Positions 52,506 to 64,000 of a DNA stretch of 64,000 nucleotides are shown here, piece by piece. The DNA lies in assembly GCF_009914755.1 (NCBI RefSeq), contig NC_060942.1. One strand, written 5' to 3'. This DNA is from the human T2T-CHM13v2.0 reference genome, Homo sapiens. Both the position numbers and the translations under genes were made by a program. The first letter of the stretch is position 1. The number at the start of each line of letters is the position of its first letter. The notes under the pieces are model-generated. The model did no database searches. It was not told the DNA's origin and was given only the letters and a program-made list of their open reading frames with translations.

Positions 52506-53221
52506 TAGTAGAGATGGGGTTTCACCGTGGTGGCCAGGCTGGTTTCAAACTCCTGACCTCAAATGATCCGCCTGCCTCAGCCTCCCAAAGTGCTGGGAAT
52601 ACAGGCATGAGCCACTGCGCCCGGTATATACATGTCATTTTCAATCATTTTGACCTGAATCACCTGGTTTTATCTGGTCAATGAAAGCAGAGGACAATGG
52701 TCAAACTTACTATTTGGGTCTTTTGAGACAAAGTAACCAGCTGATCGACTGTCTTTTCTGCTCAGCAGAACTTGCTGGCCCTGGAAGCCATGAGGAGTAA
52801 CTGAACTGAGGCGAATAGGCTCATAGCTGGGGAGGAAACAGCAACATAGCAACATTTTTACTTTTGCCTTATTGGTGTAACCTTGTTCACAAGGAAGACA
52901 TGGAAGGGAAAGGACTTGGAGAGTGAGAGAGGAAACAGAAAAGAAAGATTGTGAGGAAGGGCCAGGAGGAAGCAAATAGAGCTTCCAGTTCATGCTTGGG
53001 GAGTACTCAAAGTGTCCATGGGAGAGCTATGGGTGGTTGCTTCATATGCAGGGAGAGGCCTGGCCAGACCCACCTTCCTCCCAGCTCTGACCCCAGAGTG
53101 AGGTCAGTGTCCAGTTTCCACGTGAACGATTTGCAGACCCCACCCTTTCCCCAGCAGGTAGCAAAGGCCACCTCACTTGTGTCTATGCACAAGCCTGGGC
53201 TCAGAGATTCTCTCAAGCCCT

Positions 53222-53925
<704 letters not shown>

Positions 53926-54290
53926 CTGGAAAGGGAAGATGGCTCCGTGGCAGAGCTGACTTTGGAGGGAGGACAGCAACTACTGCTTTCCCCTCCTTCT
54001 CCTTTTTTAACATTATTCACTTATTTACACTTTCAAACAGGAATACAGGCACATAGTAAATAATTTAAAAAGTCTAGAAAGGTAGAAGGTGAAAAGTGAG
54101 TCTCCCTTCCACTCCTGATCTGTTTCTTGGGAATTCTTTCAGAGAGATAATACAAATCTATAAGCATTTTCCCTTTAAAAGCATAAAACATAACATATTC
54201 CACATATACGTTTCATGCTTTTCTATGCCTTGCTTTTTTCTTTACTTAGCAAAGAAAAAGTGGAGTTTTTTCTATATCGGTCCACATTGA

Positions 54291-54548
<258 letters not shown>

Positions 54549-55945
54549 TGACCCGTCCACCTTGGCCTCCCAAAGTGCTGGGATTACAGGCATGAGCCAC
54601 GGCACCCGGCCTCTACCACATTCTTTTCAATGGCCACATAGTATTCCCCAGTATGTTTCAGCGGTCTCCCAGGGATGCACACGTAGGTTGCCTCCAACCT
54701 TTTGCTCCTACACACACCTCGCTGCAACAACTGTGCTTGCACATCTGTTTTCGAAGCTGCCCTTTTCTTGCTTACACCCATGACTTCCTGAATGTATTCT
54801 TCAGATGAGCTTAATAATGTTTTTCTGACTTATCCCCCATCCCTTCTGGTCTCTCCTGCCTCCATTCATCCTTTTTAAGCTGAGCGACTGCCTCTGCTGC
54901 AGGCTAACGTGCTCCCTCCAGTAAGAAGTTAATCTCCCCCTGGTTTCCTGAGACTCTCCCGAACTGGACAGCGTCTGTTTATCCCACCCCAATTGTGGCT
55001 CTTTAGATTCAGCTGGAATTGCCCATTGTTGAAGAGAGCCTGTATATTTTTCTAAGCTAATTTCACAGGCAGCAGCATTCAAATTCAAATTTCCCCTGGC
55101 ACTTGGCTGCAGTCAGTCAAAGTGACCAAGGAGAATAAATTGTAGCCAGACAGGTCTCACAATCCTCTTGCCTGGTGGAGGGCTTTATTGGCTGCAAATC
55201 CCACCACCAGGCAGGGAGACGTCCTCATCACTCCATGACAGGTCCTGGGGCAGGCCGTGATAGATGGTGAAGGTCAGGTCACCTCTAGGCCCTGGAAAAA
55301 GTTCTGACTCCCAAGTGCCTGGAGAGTGTAACAAAGACAGGGGCAGCAGGAGCTGGAAGAGGTTACAGAGATCATGTCACCCAACACTGCTTTTCAATAG
55401 ATGAGGACCCGGACTTAGTTTGCTAAAAACCAGTTATGAGCTGCATCTATCAGACCAGTGGCCCTAACCCTTTAACAGACCTCTTAGAGAATCTGATGCA
55501 ATGAGGCCCTTCTTCCCTGTAAACTGAATATGCATACCCATGCAATGTTTTGGATGCATTGTGTGTTTTGGTTGGGGTGGTGTGGGGAGAGGGTATTCTG
55601 GGTTAAGTCACGTAAGCTCATGCCTGTGGAAGATTTTCTCTCAAAGGGCTATGCAAATGCCAGGGATTGTAATTTTCTTCTCCTGAATCGCTCAGACCAA
55701 AACGTTTCTCCACTAACCTGTCTTTACCTAAACTGGCTTTAAATTCATTGCATTTCTGGAAAGTACTGATTAGAATATGACAGCTGAGCACCCCCTTTTC
55801 TGAGAAGAAATTGATTTTCTTAATCCACTGAAGTGTGGACGTGCTTAAGTTTACCACAGCTGCTGAAAAGCTTCCTTTCTCTTATACTGGGTGGCATGTC
55901 TTCAGGCTGAAACAGCAGCATAGAAAGTTCTGGCCTGGCCTTTGA

Positions 55946-56504
<559 letters not shown>

Positions 56505-56676
56505 TAGTAGCAGGACTACAGGCATGCAACAACCATGCACTGCTAAATTTTTTTTTTCATGGATACAGGGTTCCTACGATGTTGCCCAGGCTGATCTCAA
56601 ACTCCTAGGCTGAAGCAATCCTCCCAACTTGTTCTCCCAGAGTGCTGGGATTACAGGCATGAGCCACCACCCCTGG

Positions 56677-56793
56677 CTTCCCACTAATCCTAAACAATAT
56701 GTAATATGATCTCTTCCCACTAATCCTGAACAATATGTAATATGATCTCTTCCCACTAATCCTAAACAATATGTAATATGATCTCTTCCCACT
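56677..56793. repeat. 36-bp minisatellite, 3.25 copies (CTTCCCACTAATCCTAAACAATATGTAATATGATCT)
   Basis: Copies start at 56677, 56713, 56749 and 56785 (partial); one mismatch. Confidence 0.95.
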
Positions 56794-58072
56794 TTACCAA
56801 GTAAATTTGTTCATTTTAGAAAATACAGACAGGCAAAAAAGAGAAAATAAAAATTATCAGAAATTCCAGCTCTCACAGTGTTAGTATTTTGGCATATGAC
56901 CTCCCAAACACATGTGCACACACTCACACACCCAGGGTCATTTTATACAATGTGATTATATATTGTGCTTCCTGCGTCAGATCTGATTATTTCTCTTAAA
57001 AAATAATACAAATCTTCCAAAAACTAAAGTGGTCCAATAATGGAATGGGCTGCCTCAAAAGCAGTGGGGCCCCAACTCTGGAAATGTTTAAGTGGAGGTT
57101 TGACAGGAGCAGCTGTGAAAGCGATTTCTGCAGTAGGGAGGCACTTAGGCCGGGAGCTTTTTAGGGATTCCATGCACTAGAGGCCTTGGCAAAGTTTCCT
57201 CTGTGAGTCGCAGGAACTCCTGGGCAGGTGGTTCCCTCCCTTCCTATCTTACCCTCTTACTAAGCCCCACAACGCCATTTGCTTGGCTCTCCCTGGTAGG
57301 CCTCTTGGGCCAGATGAAGTGAAATCAGTATCCTTCTCCGCTCTTCTGCCAGCATTGTTACCAGCCTCAGGGGAACCATCTTACGTGCAAAGGCTTTCAT
57401 TAGTGGAAGGATTTTACTTCCAAGCTGTGACCTAATTGGTTTTCTTCTTAATACAAAAGAGAGAGTACTCCATTTCTATTCTATTGCCATCTTACAGCGG
57501 GCACTTGGGTTTTTAATTTAGCATTGTAGGGCTGGTTGTTTTGTTCGGGTGTGTGTCCATGTGTGCACATGCACATGTGTAGTGTGAGATTTTTAATTGC
57601 CCAAATCATCCAAATGCAAGTGTTTCCTCGTATTCGAATCTCACATTGACTAGTGTGTGTTGGTAAGTGCGCAAGGGCCTGGGCTGGCAGATTGTTATGT
57701 GGTGAGAATCCGGTTAGTCAAAGTGTATGTGGTCACAAAGGAATCCAACCTTTATTTTATCAATTTAATTTAATTTTTAGATTTCAATTATGAAATATTT
57801 CAAGAATACAAAAAAGTACAGAAAAATATAATTGACCCCCCATCTATCGTTCAGTCATTCACTTGATTGAACAAATGTGTAATATTTGCCATATTTACTT
57901 CCTACTTCCTTTTGTAGGAAATAAAATATTAAAGGCACAGCTAAAACCCAATACACTCATCCCTTTCAGATCCTTCTCCATGGGCAAACTACTAACATGA
58001 AGTTGCAGATTTTCATATTTTTACTATATATATGAATGCTGCCATAAATAATACTTTGCTTTGCTTATTTTA

Positions 58073-59852
<1,780 letters not shown>

Positions 59853-60893
59853 CTAGCTGAAGACAGACATAAAAACAATTATATGGGACATGTTGGAGAA
59901 GCCAAGTACTAGGAGATCCCAGAGTTACAGCAATGAATTCTTGGGTGGGAATGAGGTGAGATGAGGTGGGGAGTTGAAGATAAGAAAATCCTCAGAAAGA
60001 AAATAATTTTTAAGCTGAACTTTGAAGCATGAAATACAATTTTTCCAGGCAACAATGGAGGTAGGGTACGGATTTGTGTAAGCGCCTTCAATCAATCAAG
60101 AAATATACTGGTATCAGTCAGAGCCTAACCAGTGTAAGAGATACCACTGTAACTATGTGAAACAGAGGAGAGTCAATGCTGGGCATCAGTTACACAGGGG
60201 ACGCAGGAGATAAGGAGCTGAACAGGGGCTGATGACGCCATTCAGAGAATAGCAGTAGAAAGAATACCTACCATCCTTAGGTCAGAGTCAAGGGAAGGAG
60301 GTGGTGTCACCAGAGCCAAGGGCTGGGATCACCCAAAGGAGGCTGGAATCACAGCTGGTCTGGCTGATAGCAATTGGAGCCATGCTGGAGCCATTGTCTC
60401 CCCTGGAGACAGAGAGGGAGGGGGTCAAACACCCTGGCCTTTCTTACCACCACAGTTCACTTCCCATTGTCTGAAAGAGCAAAAATAGCACACTGAACTA
60501 ATCCAGAGAGAGTAAGCACAGAAAGCAGCTACCACCCCTAGGGTGGGGGGCAGAAGGAACAAGAAGAGGCTAGGGACATCGGAATTAGAACATCAGAAGA
60601 GAGGCCACATGGAGGTGGTGTCCAGACTTCTTTTTCTTTTCTTTTCTTCTTCTTTTAAATAGAGATGGAGTCTCACTATGTTGCCCAGGCTGGTCTCAAA
60701 CTTCTGGGCTCAAGTGATCCTCCTGCCTTGGCCTCCCACAGTGATACCAATTGGTGTCACTAACCTGAGACACTGAAGTTGTAGCTTTTATAGGATGTGG
60801 TATGGGCTTTGAGTCAGTGACCAAAATATGACACTGATTTCCCCCAGACATGTGGGTCTGGAATTCAGGAGAGCCTCCATCAATTACTACCTT

Positions 60894-63826
<2,933 letters not shown>

Positions 63827-64000
63827 TGTGAAAGGAAAATCAAAAACTCAGGACCCCAATTCACCATGCCAAAGGAAAAAATCAAGCTGAAAGCTGAGTC
63901 ATGCAAGAAGCTGCCTTTTGTTCCTAAGCAGATAGCTACAGATAAAAGGTGAAATATCTCCACAGGGACCTTATCTTATATAACGTGTCCAGTTACTGAG
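63827..64000 (+). mobile_element. MER4-family (MER4E-like) LTR 5' end, continuing beyond the window
   Basis: TGTGAAAGGAAAATCAAAAACTCAGGACCCCAATTCAC...AAGCTGAAAGCTGAGTCATGCAAG. Confidence 0.75.

Noticed and set aside
56677-56793. 36-bp repeats of CRISPR-like length
   Set aside because: The repeats are head-to-tail with no spacers in human DNA, so this is a minisatellite, not a CRISPR array.

Overview
Human, very Alu-rich genomic DNA that I recognise as the RPL17 / C18orf32 locus. The placement at 18q21.1 between DYM and LIPG is from recall and is not shown by the sequence. Minus strand: the complete 7-exon RPL17 gene (184 aa, TOP/TCT start, CpG island) hosting SNORD58B, SNORD58A and SNORD58C, followed about 1.2 kb downstream by the 3-exon C18orf32 gene (76 aa). 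MIR1539 lies on the plus strand in the C18orf32 CpG island. There are two processed pseudogenes: PRR13-derived at ~5.5-6.2 kb and SRP72-derived at ~30.8-32.6 kb. The rest is Alu, L1, MaLR and ERV debris, ending in a decayed ERV1 provirus start (LTR, PBS, gag). Almost all ORFs in the supplied track are Alu, L1 or low-complexity artefacts. The most notable observations are a fourth, decayed SNORD58 paralogue in RPL17 intron 4 (and possibly a fifth in intron 5), a dual-frame C18orf32 exon 2 used by RPL17 readthrough (228 aa, predicted to escape NMD), a pristine AluYa-type insertion ~1 kb upstream of the RPL17 TSS, an apparently L1-retrocopied polyadenylated LTR end, and a strong CTCF motif. I found no wholly new multi-gene system.
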